A stretch of 64,000 bases of DNA from Candidatus Eiseniibacteriota bacterium (GCA_963702435.1 CAVPCR010000002.1:512001-576000), one strand, 5' to 3'; positions 54,401-62,857 are shown, numbered from the stretch's first letter. Notes: generated by a model not told the origin, from the letters alone. Made by a program: numbers and translations.

Positions 54401-55011
54401 GCTGGTGTCTGTCCCTCGACGAGTGGCGGCGGCACCTTGAGGATTGGATCCGCGAGGCGGAGCCGCAGGCCCGGCTCGAGATCGCCTCCTTCCTCGACTT
54501 CCGGTGCGTCGCCGGTCAGGCCGTGCTCGCCCGGACGCTCCGCGCCTTCGTCGGGGAGGAGCTGGCCGGGACCCCGGCGCTCGTGCCGCTGCTAGCCCGG
54601 GATGTCGTGCAGTACCGGCCGCCCAAGGGCCTGTTCGGTGGCCTGTCCTCCGGCCCCGGAGGCATCGACACGAAGGACGTCGCGGCCGCCATCGAGAACA
54701 TCGTGCGCCTCTACGCCCTCCGCTACAGCCTGCCCGAGACCAGCACATTCGACCGCCTGCAACGGCTCGAGGAGGTGGGAGCGGTGAGCGCCACGGGCCA
54801 CGAGGAGCTTGCCCAGGCCTACGACTTCGTCATGACGCTGCGGCTGCGGCGCCAGGTGAGCCGCCTGCGGTCCGGTCAGCCGGCCGACAACGAGGTGGAC
54901 CCGCGGAGTCTGAACCACCTGGAGGAGGGGCTCCTGAAGCAGGTCTTCTCCCTCCTCGGCACCTTCCAGAAGAAGATCCAGTACGACTTTCTCGGGGGCG
55001 CCGGCCTCTAG
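51439..55011 (+). CDS. PHP-TM-sCache-TM-PAS-PAS-CBS-DUF294 nucleotidyltransferase-DUF294_C fusion protein
   Basis: PHP: LHCHSSLSDG, LTDHDT, GVEL, VHLL, LAHP, GCDFH; Cache: DYFWV, HP, YVW, KQSY, WGWIIGTG; CBS: GVVTDQDLR; NTase: LGSQGREEQTLLADQD; C-terminal FLDFRCVAG, STFDRL. Confidence 0.9.
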   Translation: MEAVKVNLHCHSSLSDGELSPEALADLLARSGVTVAALTDHDTIEGLLRFREALEGTPVRPIAGVELTAGDDGPVHLLAYGFDPEAPALAEALSRARQSPDGGGLPVAEAIALVHRAGGRVFLAHPFVYANDAAGLEARLARYREWGLDGIEAIYSAYPVERIRELRELARRLGLATSAGCDFHAPGTPGLSDTGVSFPAEDWRAFRDLVIGSSPPRSRNAPPAPPSRREGVRLDWRSVVLRILLPTALAIGLLVGPLFLYLIPAFEGALLARKQEMIRELARSAASILQEYYEEERSGQLSREEAQTAAAARIRLLRYGPEGKDYFWVTDRHPRMVVHPYRPDLDGQDLTDYRDPEGNRVFVEAARLVAESRDGYLEYVWQRQDDDRRLEPKQSYVLGFEPWGWIIGTGLYLEDVRAEIHAVTWRVVRVTLVLALAIALLLLFVAVQGVRLERQRSRAEEALHESHERYRTLVEASREGTALVLDGRFTCANQTFLDLTGCTEEQLSFMEVGELFALPGGGSTQALLESAAREMGTPAEPMEAVVLSRGGGREDVLLGIEPVRLGDRHGVSLVVRDLGGHKEVQAALAESQARFRAVAENLRVGVIRAAFGDGFPLLEANSAARRLFGLDDETELPSLARVLDGEGELEAVERELVERGEVRDRVLVLVGGRPVSLTATLVRDEDGRPRFCDAVVEDVTLRQREIREQEALIADLQSAQLSLGRPAERFVREPVFAAPNTSVADAARLMARRGTDTLFVRGAEGEALGVVTDQDLRERVLARGLDPGRPVHEVMSAPVIAVSAAAPGHEAVALMQERDVKRLAVRDAAGVVVGVLRFEDLLRADHLPLATLARDIGDARLPVEVADLRARLPAVVHALVDSGARPRYVCRAIATVTDAATQRLVDLAAAQLGPPPAPWAYLALGSQGREEQTLLADQDSAIVFETLPGTDTEPLRQHFLALGGLVAGWLEQAGYPPCKGGLMASQPGWCLSLDEWRRHLEDWIREAEPQARLEIASFLDFRCVAGQAVLARTLRAFVGEELAGTPALVPLLARDVVQYRPPKGLFGGLSSGPGGIDTKDVAAAIENIVRLYALRYSLPETSTFDRLQRLEEVGAVSATGHEELAQAYDFVMTLRLRRQVSRLRSGQPADNEVDPRSLNHLEEGLLKQVFSLLGTFQKKIQYDFLGGAGL

Positions 55012-55038
55012 GACGGCCGGCCCCTCTCGGAGGACTCC

Positions 55039-56118
55039 TTGATCAAGCGCTCCTTGACCCCCGCGGCCGTCCTCGCGGCGGCGCTCGTCCTGGCCCCGAC
55101 CCCGGCGCCGGGGCAGTTCGCGGTGTCGAACCCGGACAGCACCGCCAGCATCCGTCTCGGAGTGCTCGCCCAGCCCCAGGGCGAGTGGCTCGAGAACGCC
55201 GACGGCGAGAGCACCGCCCGGAACCTGTTCCTCAGGCGCCTCCGCCTGCTCGTGGGCGGCAAGGTCGGCGAGCGGTTCACGTTCTTCCTCGACACGGACA
55301 GCCCCAACCTCGGCAAGGCGGGCGCCGACGGCCAGCGCACCGAGCCCTCCGTCTATATCCAGGACCTCGTCCTCACCTACCAGGTGAGCCGGAGCTGGAA
55401 GCTCGATGTGGGGAAGCTGCTCGTGGCGACGTCCTACCACTCGGGCCAGGGGGCGACGACGCTCTTGGGGATCGACTACAGCCCCTACAGCTTCGTCACG
55501 TCCGCGCCCATCGGCATGCAGGCGGGTCGGGACTACGGGCTCGCGGGGCGCGGCTACCTCTTCGGGAACCACCTCGAGGTCCGGGCCGGCGGCTACCAGG
55601 GGGTGCGGGGCGAGGATGCCACGAACTCGTTCCGGACAGCCGGCCGCGTCGTGTGGTACCCCTTCGACGCGCGGACGGACTTCTTCTACCCCGGCACGAC
55701 GTTCGGGACGAAGAGGGTCCTCGCGGTGGGTCTCTCGCACGATCGCCAGAGCGGCTTCAAGGCGACTGGCGGGGATGTCTACCTCGACGTCCCCCTCGGG
55801 GACAATGTGGTCACGTTCCAGGCGGACCTCGTCCACCTCGACGGCGGGTCACTGCTCCCCGCCCTCACCGAGCAGGACGTCTTGTTCGTGGAGGCCGGCT
55901 ACTTCGTCCGGGCGCTGAAGCTCACACCCTGGCTGCAGTACTCAAGCCGCAGCCTGAAGGCCGCCGGCGCAGCGGACGACTGGGCGTACCTGGGCGGGCT
56001 CGCCTGGTGGGTCGACGGGCACCGCCTCAACGTCAAGGCTGGGGCGGGCCAGGTCGGGCGCGACGACGCCCCCGACCGCACCAAGGTCGTCGTGCAGGGC
56101 CAGCTCTTCCTGTACTGA
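55039..56118 (+). CDS. outer-membrane porin (OprO/OprP-like)
   Basis: Signal peptide, FLRRLRL..GG, GRDYG, C-terminal QLFLY; GGAGG RBS and TTG start. Confidence 0.8.
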   Translation: MIKRSLTPAAVLAAALVLAPTPAPGQFAVSNPDSTASIRLGVLAQPQGEWLENADGESTARNLFLRRLRLLVGGKVGERFTFFLDTDSPNLGKAGADGQRTEPSVYIQDLVLTYQVSRSWKLDVGKLLVATSYHSGQGATTLLGIDYSPYSFVTSAPIGMQAGRDYGLAGRGYLFGNHLEVRAGGYQGVRGEDATNSFRTAGRVVWYPFDARTDFFYPGTTFGTKRVLAVGLSHDRQSGFKATGGDVYLDVPLGDNVVTFQADLVHLDGGSLLPALTEQDVLFVEAGYFVRALKLTPWLQYSSRSLKAAGAADDWAYLGGLAWWVDGHRLNVKAGAGQVGRDDAPDRTKVVVQGQLFLY

Positions 56119-56229
56119 TCCTCGCTTCCTGTAGTGATTCCCCGCTCCCCGCTCGCTGGCCTCGGGGGCCCGGGTGGGTATGTAACCATGCCCCTCCGCC
56201 GCCGTCCCAGTGGATGGCGATCTGCAAAT

Positions 56230-56450
56230 GGCCCGACGTTGAGGCTCACCGGACCGGGCCCCGGAAGCGCGAAGTCCACCCCGTTGCAAGCCCACATCCA
56301 GACGCCGGTCGCTCTCGTGCACTGGGCATGGATGTCCGAGCCGCTTCGCTCGTCCGTCCACGTGATGATCGCGTCACCCAACCTATCCAGCACCACCTTG
56401 GGGTCCTCCTGCGTGCTGGTGTTCGTGCAGAGGGTTGACCCGTTGCCTGA
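56230..56450 (-). pseudogene. remnant of secreted repeat protein with FlgD-like tail
   Basis: GNGSTLCT..TQEDP.VV.D..GDAIITWTDERSGSDIHAQ...W..NGV joined to FALPGPGPVSLNV; no start or signal peptide. Confidence 0.55.
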
Positions 56451-56454
56451 TGGA

Positions 56455-57489
56455 TCATCGCGGACGCGGTGCGAAGAGGTAGTGGGCGACGAGCCACTCC
56501 TCCCCGCTGCGGTACGCCCAGAGCTCGGCGCAGGACAGGAAGAACACCCGCCAGTTCTCGAGCCACGCCCGCGCTCGCGCCGGCCCGTAGACGCGCGCAG
56601 AGATCGGCTCGAGCGCCGCCCGGTGCGCGTCGAAGTTCGCGAGCCACGCCTCCGCCGTGCGCGCGTAGTGGAGCCCGTTCACCCGCCACACCGCGCGGAG
56701 ATCGAGGTCGCGCTGGAAGTGGCTGAAGAGGTCCACTGACGGCATGAGACCGCCGGCGAAGAAGTGGCGTCCGACCCAGTCGGCGGGATCCTCGCTCCGG
56801 AAAGCGTAGGCAAAGCGGTCGTGCGCGAAGACATGCACGAAGAGATGGCCCGCCGGGTCGAGCCAGCCGGCGATCCGCCCGAACATCCGCTCGTAGTTCT
56901 TCAGGTGCTCGAACATCTCGATCGACAGCACGCGATCGAAGCGGCGCCCGGGGTCGAAATCGTTCATGTCGGCCGTGACGACTGTCAGGTTGTCGAGACC
57001 CTGCCGCGCTGCGCGGGCCAGGATGAACTCGCGCTGCGGGCGGGAGTTGGAGACCGCGAGGAGCCGCGCCCGCGGGTAGCGCGCGGCGAGCCACAGGGAG
57101 AGCGAACCCCAGCCGCAGCCGAGCTCGAGGATCTCCTGGCCGTCCGCGAGCCCGGCCCGCTCGGCGTAGAGCTCGAGCATGCGCACCTCGGCGTCCTCGA
57201 GATTCCGCACGCCCTCGGGCCAGTAGGCGCAGCTGTACTTGAGGCGCGGTCCGAGAATGTGCGTGAAGAACTCGGGCGGCAGCTCGTAGTGCTGGCGGTT
57301 GGCGTCGGCCGTGGCAATGGCGATCGGACTCGCGCTGAGATCAGCGACGAAGGAGCGGAGCCGCGCGGCGACGGCCGCTTCCCCGCCCCGCGCCTGGCGC
57401 GCAAGCTCCTGCCCGAGGAAGTGGCGGATGCCGCGGCGGAGGAGCCAGTCGGGCAGGAGTCCGCGCTCGATGAGCGCCTCGTACCACAA
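56455..57489 (-). CDS. SAM-dependent methyltransferase (CFA/coclaurine N-methyltransferase-like)
   Basis: ANRQHYELP, LKYSC, LELGCGWGSL, SIEMFEH motifs; TTG start inferred. Confidence 0.9.
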   Translation of the reverse strand: MWYEALIERGLLPDWLLRRGIRHFLGQELARQARGGEAAVAARLRSFVADLSASPIAIATADANRQHYELPPEFFTHILGPRLKYSCAYWPEGVRNLEDAEVRMLELYAERAGLADGQEILELGCGWGSLSLWLAARYPRARLLAVSNSRPQREFILARAARQGLDNLTVVTADMNDFDPGRRFDRVLSIEMFEHLKNYERMFGRIAGWLDPAGHLFVHVFAHDRFAYAFRSEDPADWVGRHFFAGGLMPSVDLFSHFQRDLDLRAVWRVNGLHYARTAEAWLANFDAHRAALEPISARVYGPARARAWLENWRVFFLSCAELWAYRSGEEWLVAHYLFAPRPR

Positions 57490-57491
57490 GG

Positions 57492-58283
57492 CTAGGGCCC
57501 CGGCCGGCGCGGGAACCACGGCACGAAGGCGCTGGTCGTTTCCTGGTAGCGGCGGTATTCCTCCCCGCGCGAGCGGAGCGCCTGCGCCTCGGTGGGCGGG
57601 ATCCCCGTCACCTTGAGGATGAAGAAGAGAAGGACGGCCGGCGCGGAGAGCGCGCTCCAGCCGTACGGCGCGCCGAGGGCGAGGAGCGCGAAGGCGCACC
57701 ACATGAGCCACTCGCCGAAGTAGTTCGGATGCCGCGACAGGCCCCAGAGACCGCGCTGACAGGTGCGACCGCGGTTGGCGGGATCGGCCTTGAAGGCGCG
57801 GAGCTCGCGGTCGGCCGCCGCCTCGAGCGCGAAGCCGGCGATCCAGAGCGCGAGCCCTCCCCCGTCGTAGGCGGTCCACGCCGGCGCGCGGTCGCTCGCC
57901 GCGAGGAGGAACGGCCAGGAGAGAAAGGCGACGAGGAGGGCCTGCGCCTGGAAGAAAAGGAAGAGATTGCGCTGGGCGGCGCGCCCCCACTCGGCGCGAA
58001 GCGCCTGGTAGCGGCCCTCCTCCGGTTTTCCGAGCACGCGATCGGTGAGGAGATGCCACGCCAGGCGGAAGCCCCAGAGGCCGCCGAGGAGACCGGCGAG
58101 CGCCCGCCGGGTCGGATCGCCGGCGCCGCCGAGCGCGAAGATCACAGCGAGCGCACCGATCCCGCCGGCCCAGCCCGCATCGACGATGCCCGCGTTCCCG
58201 GTCCGCCGCTGGATGAGCCAGAGGACCGCCATGAGGAGGCAGGCGCCGGCGCCTCCGGCGAGGAAGAGGTCCCACGGGATCAT
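57492..58283 (-). CDS. DUF1295 family membrane protein (steroid reductase-like)
   Basis: NAGIVD, EEGRY, GLWGLSRHPNYFGE, YQETTSAFVPW motifs. Confidence 0.92.
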   Translation of the reverse strand: MIPWDLFLAGGAGACLLMAVLWLIQRRTGNAGIVDAGWAGGIGALAVIFALGGAGDPTRRALAGLLGGLWGFRLAWHLLTDRVLGKPEEGRYQALRAEWGRAAQRNLFLFFQAQALLVAFLSWPFLLAASDRAPAWTAYDGGGLALWIAGFALEAAADRELRAFKADPANRGRTCQRGLWGLSRHPNYFGEWLMWCAFALLALGAPYGWSALSAPAVLLFFILKVTGIPPTEAQALRSRGEEYRRYQETTSAFVPWFPRRPGP

Positions 58284-59581
58284 GTCTGGCCTCCCGCACG
58301 AGCGGCCGCCCGCGGCGCCCGCCCGCGCCAGAACGGTTTCGCGAGCAGCATCTGCACGTCTCCGATCACGCGTTCCCGGAATCCGCCCTCGCAGTACGAG
58401 AGGTAGTACTCCCAGCGGCGCCGGAACTCCTCCTCGTAGCCGAGAGCGGCGACGCGATCCCGATTGGCGCCAAAGCGTTCGCGCCAGCAGGCGAGCGTCT
58501 CGACGTAGTGCGGCGTCAGATCATCGAGCTGGATCACGGCCAGATCCGAGGCGCTCCCGATCGCGCGAGTGAGCGCGCCCACCGAGGGCAGGAAGCTCCC
58601 CGGGAAGATGTAGCGCTTGACGAAGTCGACCGAGCGCCGGGCGCGCTCGTAGAAGCGATCGGGAATCACGATCGCCTGCAGCGCCATGAGGCCGTCGGGG
58701 CGGAGGAGCCGGCTCGCGGTGCGGAAGAAGGTGGGAAGCTGCGCCGCCCCCACCGCCTCGATCATCTCGATCGAGACGATCCGATCGTACTCGCCCGCGA
58801 GGTCCCGGTAGTCGACGCCGAGCACCTCGACCTGTCCGGCGAGACCGGCCCGGCGGATCCGCTCCGTGGCGTACACGCGCTGGGCAGCCGAGATCGTGGT
58901 GGCGGTGACCCGAGCCCCGTAGCGCGCCGCCGCATGCTCGGCGAAACCGCCCCAGCCGCAGCCGATCTCGAGCACGCGATCGCCGGGAACGAGCTCGAGC
59001 TTCCGGCAGATGCGATCGAGATTGGCCCGGGAGGCGTCCGCGAGCGACATCCCTTGCGCCTCGAAGCAGGCGCAGGAGTACATGAGCGACTCGTCGAGAA
59101 AGAGAGCGAAGAAGTCATTGCCCAGATCGTAGTGCGCCGCGATGTTCCGCTGGCTGCCGGCCCGCGTGTTCCGGTTCCGCCAGTGGACTGCCCGGTCGAG
59201 CGGCTTCCAGAGCCAGGACAGCCCGCTGTCGAGCCGGCCGAGAGCCGCCTGGTTCGCGGCGAGGATCCGCACCGCAGTCACCAGGTCATCGGCCGACCAC
59301 AGCCCCTCGCCGTAGGCGCGGCCCACGCCGACGTTGCCGCCGAAGACCGCAGCCGGATAGAAGGCCGGATCGTGCACGTGCACGGTGGCCGCGAGCGGGA
59401 ACGCATCGGTCATCCGACCGGCCGCCCACTCGCCGTCCCCGTCGACGATCGTGAGCTGCCCGCGCTCGAGCCCGGCGAGAGTCCCGTGGAGCACCGCCCG
59501 CGCGCCCCGTTCGATCGCCCGCGCCGGGCGCGCGACGCGCGCGGGACCGACGGCCGCCGCCGGGAGCGGGGTCGCCGTCAT
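58280..59581 (-). CDS. cfa: cyclopropane-fatty-acyl-phospholipid synthase family methyltransferase
   Basis: NIAAHYDLGNDFF, MYSC, LEIGCGWGG, SIEMIEAVG, YIFPG, YYLSYCEGGF motifs. Confidence 0.93.
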   Translation of the reverse strand: MTATPLPAAAVGPARVARPARAIERGARAVLHGTLAGLERGQLTIVDGDGEWAAGRMTDAFPLAATVHVHDPAFYPAAVFGGNVGVGRAYGEGLWSADDLVTAVRILAANQAALGRLDSGLSWLWKPLDRAVHWRNRNTRAGSQRNIAAHYDLGNDFFALFLDESLMYSCACFEAQGMSLADASRANLDRICRKLELVPGDRVLEIGCGWGGFAEHAAARYGARVTATTISAAQRVYATERIRRAGLAGQVEVLGVDYRDLAGEYDRIVSIEMIEAVGAAQLPTFFRTASRLLRPDGLMALQAIVIPDRFYERARRSVDFVKRYIFPGSFLPSVGALTRAIGSASDLAVIQLDDLTPHYVETLACWRERFGANRDRVAALGYEEEFRRRWEYYLSYCEGGFRERVIGDVQMLLAKPFWRGRAPRAAARAGGQT

Positions 59582-60432
59582 CGCTCCACCACCGAGCGCG
59601 CGAGCACAGCGCTCTCCGCCAGTTGCGCGGGATGCACGTGCATGGGTACTCGCTTCCGCCACAGCCTGAGCGCCTCGAGGTGGATAGCGCCGGTCACCCG
59701 TACGGTCATGAGCGGATGGCGGAGGAGGGCCCCGGCGAGGCGCCGCCGTGTGAGCTCGCGCCGCGCGAGGGTGAGGGTCGCATCGAAGTAGCGTCCGTCC
59801 GCCTTCCGGTTCTCCATGTGCACGAGGAGCCGCCGCCCGGGAACCGGGAAGCGCCAGTCGTACTCGACGTCCATGTCCATGAACGGGGAGACGAAGAACG
59901 ACTTCCGGAAGCGGAAGCGCTGCCGGGTTGCAGTACCCGCGTTCTCGCTCGCGCCGAGAACGTAGCTGAACCGCTCGCCCCAGGGCGTGTTGGTGATCTC
60001 GGCGATCACGGCCTCGAGCGCGCGGCCGCTCCGGTCGAAGCAGTAGTAGAAGCTCACCGGGTTGAAGCAGTAGCCGAAGGTGCGGCAGTGAGTGAGAAGC
60101 CGGATCGGTCCGGCGGGGCGCGCTCCGGTGTGCGCGAGGACGAGGTCACGGGCCGCCTCGACGAGCGGCTGCTCCGGGTCGCCCAGGTGATCGCGGCGGC
60201 GGAACCAGACCGGAGCGAACCGCCGGCGCGACCACAGGCCGGTCCCGGCGAAGAGCCGGTCGAGCGCTGCGAGCTCGTCCAGATCCAGGTACATCATGTA
60301 GAGCCGGTAGCGGAACTCGTGCCGCACCGGTTCCCGGCGGCGGTGGCGGACCACACCCTCGTAGATCGCGCTATGCAGCGTCGGCTCCGCCTGCATCGCC
60401 TCCGTCCGCTGCATCGCCGGCATGGTCTGCAT
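59578..60432 (-). CDS. DUF1365 family protein
   Basis: YEGVVRHRR, FNPVSFYYC, EITNTPWGER, FFVSPFM motifs. Confidence 0.93.
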   Translation of the reverse strand: MQTMPAMQRTEAMQAEPTLHSAIYEGVVRHRRREPVRHEFRYRLYMMYLDLDELAALDRLFAGTGLWSRRRFAPVWFRRRDHLGDPEQPLVEAARDLVLAHTGARPAGPIRLLTHCRTFGYCFNPVSFYYCFDRSGRALEAVIAEITNTPWGERFSYVLGASENAGTATRQRFRFRKSFFVSPFMDMDVEYDWRFPVPGRRLLVHMENRKADGRYFDATLTLARRELTRRRLAGALLRHPLMTVRVTGAIHLEALRLWRKRVPMHVHPAQLAESAVLARSVVER

Positions 60433-61679
60433 CACAGGGACTCGCCCCCGAGGAGGCCGGCGACGCGGACCGCGCTCGCCACCCCATCCTCGTGGAAACC
60501 GCTGCCCCAGTAGGCGCCACAATAATACGTGCGGTTCGCACCGGCGAGCGCGGCGAAGCGCGCCTGCGCGCGGAGCGCGGGGCCCGTGTAGGTCGGGTGA
60601 TGATAGATGTAGCGACCGTGCACCGCCGACGGCACGACCGCCGCTTCGCGATTCAGCGTCACGCAGAAGGGAGTGCTCGTGGGCAGCTGCTGGAGCCGGT
60701 TCATGAAGTAGGTGACGGTCACCCGGTCGGCCGGCGTGCTCGGCAGGAAGCAGTTCCAGCTCGCCCAGGCCCGGCGGTGACGCGGCAGGAGCCGCTGGTC
60801 GGTGTGCAGCGTGACCCGGTTCTCCTGGTACGGCATGGCGCCGAGGATCGAGCGCTCCTCCGCCGTTGGATCGGCGAGGAGGGCGAGCGCCTCGTCGCTA
60901 TGCGCGGCGATGATCACCCGCTCGAAGCGCTCGCGGGGCGCGCCGGCCACCTCCACATCCACGCCGGTCGGATCGCGATGCACCAGGGTGACCCGAGCGC
61001 CGAGGCGGAGGCGCTCGCGCCAGTCGCGGGTGAGCGCCTCCACGTAGCGAGCGGCACCGCCCCTGACCGTGCGCCACACGCGCCGGCGCCGGAGGTCGAG
61101 GAGCGCGTGCCGGGTGAAGAAGCGCGTGAAGGCGAGCGCCGGGAACTCCTCTATCCGCCGCGGCTCGGTCGACCACAGGGCGGCACCCATGGGCAGGATG
61201 AGCCGCTCGGTGAACTCGGCCGAATAGCGACGGCCGGCGAGGAACTCGCCGAGCGTGAGGTCGGGATCCCCCGCCGCGGCGAAGCGGCGCGCGTCCCGGT
61301 TGAAGCGCATGATCTCAGCCAGCATGCGGTAGAAGGCGGGGCGCCACAGGTTCCGGCGCGACACGAACAGCGCGGCCGGCGAGTCGCCGCTCCACTCATC
61401 GCCTGTGCGCTCGCTCTGCACGCTGAAGCTCATGTCGCTCGGCACGGTCTCGACGACGAGCCGGGCGAGGAGGCGCGTGAACAGCGGGTAGTTGACCCGA
61501 TTGAAGACGATGAAGCCGGTGTCCACCGGGAAGCGCAGCGCGCCGTCCTCGACCTCCACTGTGTGCGTGTGACCGCCTGCGTAATCGTTGGCTTCGAGGA
61601 CCGTGACCTCGTGCCGCCTGTGCAGAAGGTAGGCGGCGACGAGGCCCGAGACGCCGGCCCCGACGATCCCGATCTTCAT
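60432..61679 (-). CDS. FAD-dependent oxidoreductase (amine-oxidase-like)
   Basis: IVGAGVSGL, GGHTHT, VDTGFIVFN, WASWN, GAYWGSGFHEDG motifs. Confidence 0.93.
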   Translation of the reverse strand: MKIGIVGAGVSGLVAAYLLHRRHEVTVLEANDYAGGHTHTVEVEDGALRFPVDTGFIVFNRVNYPLFTRLLARLVVETVPSDMSFSVQSERTGDEWSGDSPAALFVSRRNLWRPAFYRMLAEIMRFNRDARRFAAAGDPDLTLGEFLAGRRYSAEFTERLILPMGAALWSTEPRRIEEFPALAFTRFFTRHALLDLRRRRVWRTVRGGAARYVEALTRDWRERLRLGARVTLVHRDPTGVDVEVAGAPRERFERVIIAAHSDEALALLADPTAEERSILGAMPYQENRVTLHTDQRLLPRHRRAWASWNCFLPSTPADRVTVTYFMNRLQQLPTSTPFCVTLNREAAVVPSAVHGRYIYHHPTYTGPALRAQARFAALAGANRTYYCGAYWGSGFHEDGVASAVRVAGLLGGESL

Positions 61680-62698
61680 GGTCCGGGTGGCGCTCCGCGC
61701 GCCGGCGCCGAACGGAGCGCGCGGGCGGGCACCGGGCGCAGATCGCGGATCACGCCGAGCCGGCCCAGTAGATAGAGCCCATAGTAGGTGAGATCCAGCT
61801 CCCACCAGAAGAAGCCCTGGCGCACCGCACCGGGATAGTGGTGGTGATTGTTGTGCCAGCCCTCGCCCATCGTGATGACGGCGAGGACCGCGTTGTTGCG
61901 GCTCGAGTCGCCGGTCGCGTAGCGGCGGGTACCGAACAGGTGGGAGAGCGAGTTGATGGTGAAGGACCCGTGGTGGAGAACGACCGTCGAGACGAAGAAG
62001 CCCCACACCAGCATCTGGGCCCCGCTCGTGCCGAGGCCGGGCGCGATCGCGTCGAGCCAGGCGCCGAGCCCGTAGAGGGAGAGGGCGAGCGCGATCACGA
62101 CGAGGACGTGACCGCGGTTGAGGAAGCGCAGCTCCGGGAAGCGGGCCAGGTCGGGCACCAGCTCGATCCGGGTGGGCACGTTCGTGTGCGAGAGGAACCA
62201 GCCGACGTGACTCCAGAGGAATCCCCACACCACCGGCGAGTGGGCGTCGGCGGGCTGATCGGAGGAGCGATGGTGGATGCGATGGTGCGCCGCCCACCAC
62301 AGGGGTCCCTGCTGGACGGCGGAGGCGCCGAGCACGGCGAAGACGAGCTGCCACCCACGCGAGGCCTTGAACGTGCGGTGCGAGAAGTAGCGATGGTAGA
62401 AACCGGTAAGCGCGAACATGCGGAGCACATAGAGGAAGGCGGCCACGGCGAGCGCGATCGGGCTCACGCCGACGACCACGACGAGGAGACAGCCGAGATG
62501 GAGCGCGATGTACGGGAGAGCGCCGATCCAGTCGCCGAGCGTGAAGCGCGGAGGCTTGAGACGCACCCACGGGGCAGACGACGAGCTCGCTGCCGATCCC
62601 GGCGCCGAGCTCGCTGCCGATCCCGGCGCCGAGCTCGCTGCCGATGCCGGTGCGGCGTTCGCCGCCGGGGCTGGCGGGATGATCGTTTCGAGTTCCAT
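61676..62698 (-). CDS. acyl-CoA/fatty acid desaturase (delta-9 type)
   Basis: His boxes HRYFSH, HRIHH, HNNHH. Confidence 0.94.
   Translation of the reverse strand: MELETIIPPAPAANAAPASAASSAPGSAASSAPGSAASSSSAPWVRLKPPRFTLGDWIGALPYIALHLGCLLVVVVGVSPIALAVAAFLYVLRMFALTGFYHRYFSHRTFKASRGWQLVFAVLGASAVQQGPLWWAAHHRIHHRSSDQPADAHSPVVWGFLWSHVGWFLSHTNVPTRIELVPDLARFPELRFLNRGHVLVVIALALSLYGLGAWLDAIAPGLGTSGAQMLVWGFFVSTVVLHHGSFTINSLSHLFGTRRYATGDSSRNNAVLAVITMGEGWHNNHHHYPGAVRQGFFWWELDLTYYGLYLLGRLGVIRDLRPVPARALRSAPARGAPPGP
62582..62650. repeat. 24-bp tandem repeat in desaturase N-terminus (AASSAPGS x ~3)
   Basis: cgagctcgctgccgatcccggcgc units seen directly. Confidence 0.8.
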
Positions 62699-62806
62699 CG
62701 CGAGAGCCGTCCTCTCTTCCCGGAGTCTGGGCAGCGCCGGCAGGCAGCGCGCCACCCGTCGGTGGATTCCCCTGGCGCCCGGACCGGGGTGGCTCAGAGG
62801 ACCGTG

Positions 62807-62835
62807 AGTATCGGAGAGCGGGCGGTCCCGGTCAA
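62807..62835 (-). promoter_or_regulatory. sigma70-type promoter for lipid-modification operon
   Basis: TTGACC-17nt-GATACT. Confidence 0.4.
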
Positions 62836-62857
62836 TGCGCCAAACGCGGCCGCGAGG

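Noticed and set aside
51439..55011. NTase + PHP as an antiphage (CBASS/Ppl-like) system
   Set aside because: The NTase is DUF294/GlnD-type with Cache/CBS sensors in an acetate-transport operon; no effector or defence context
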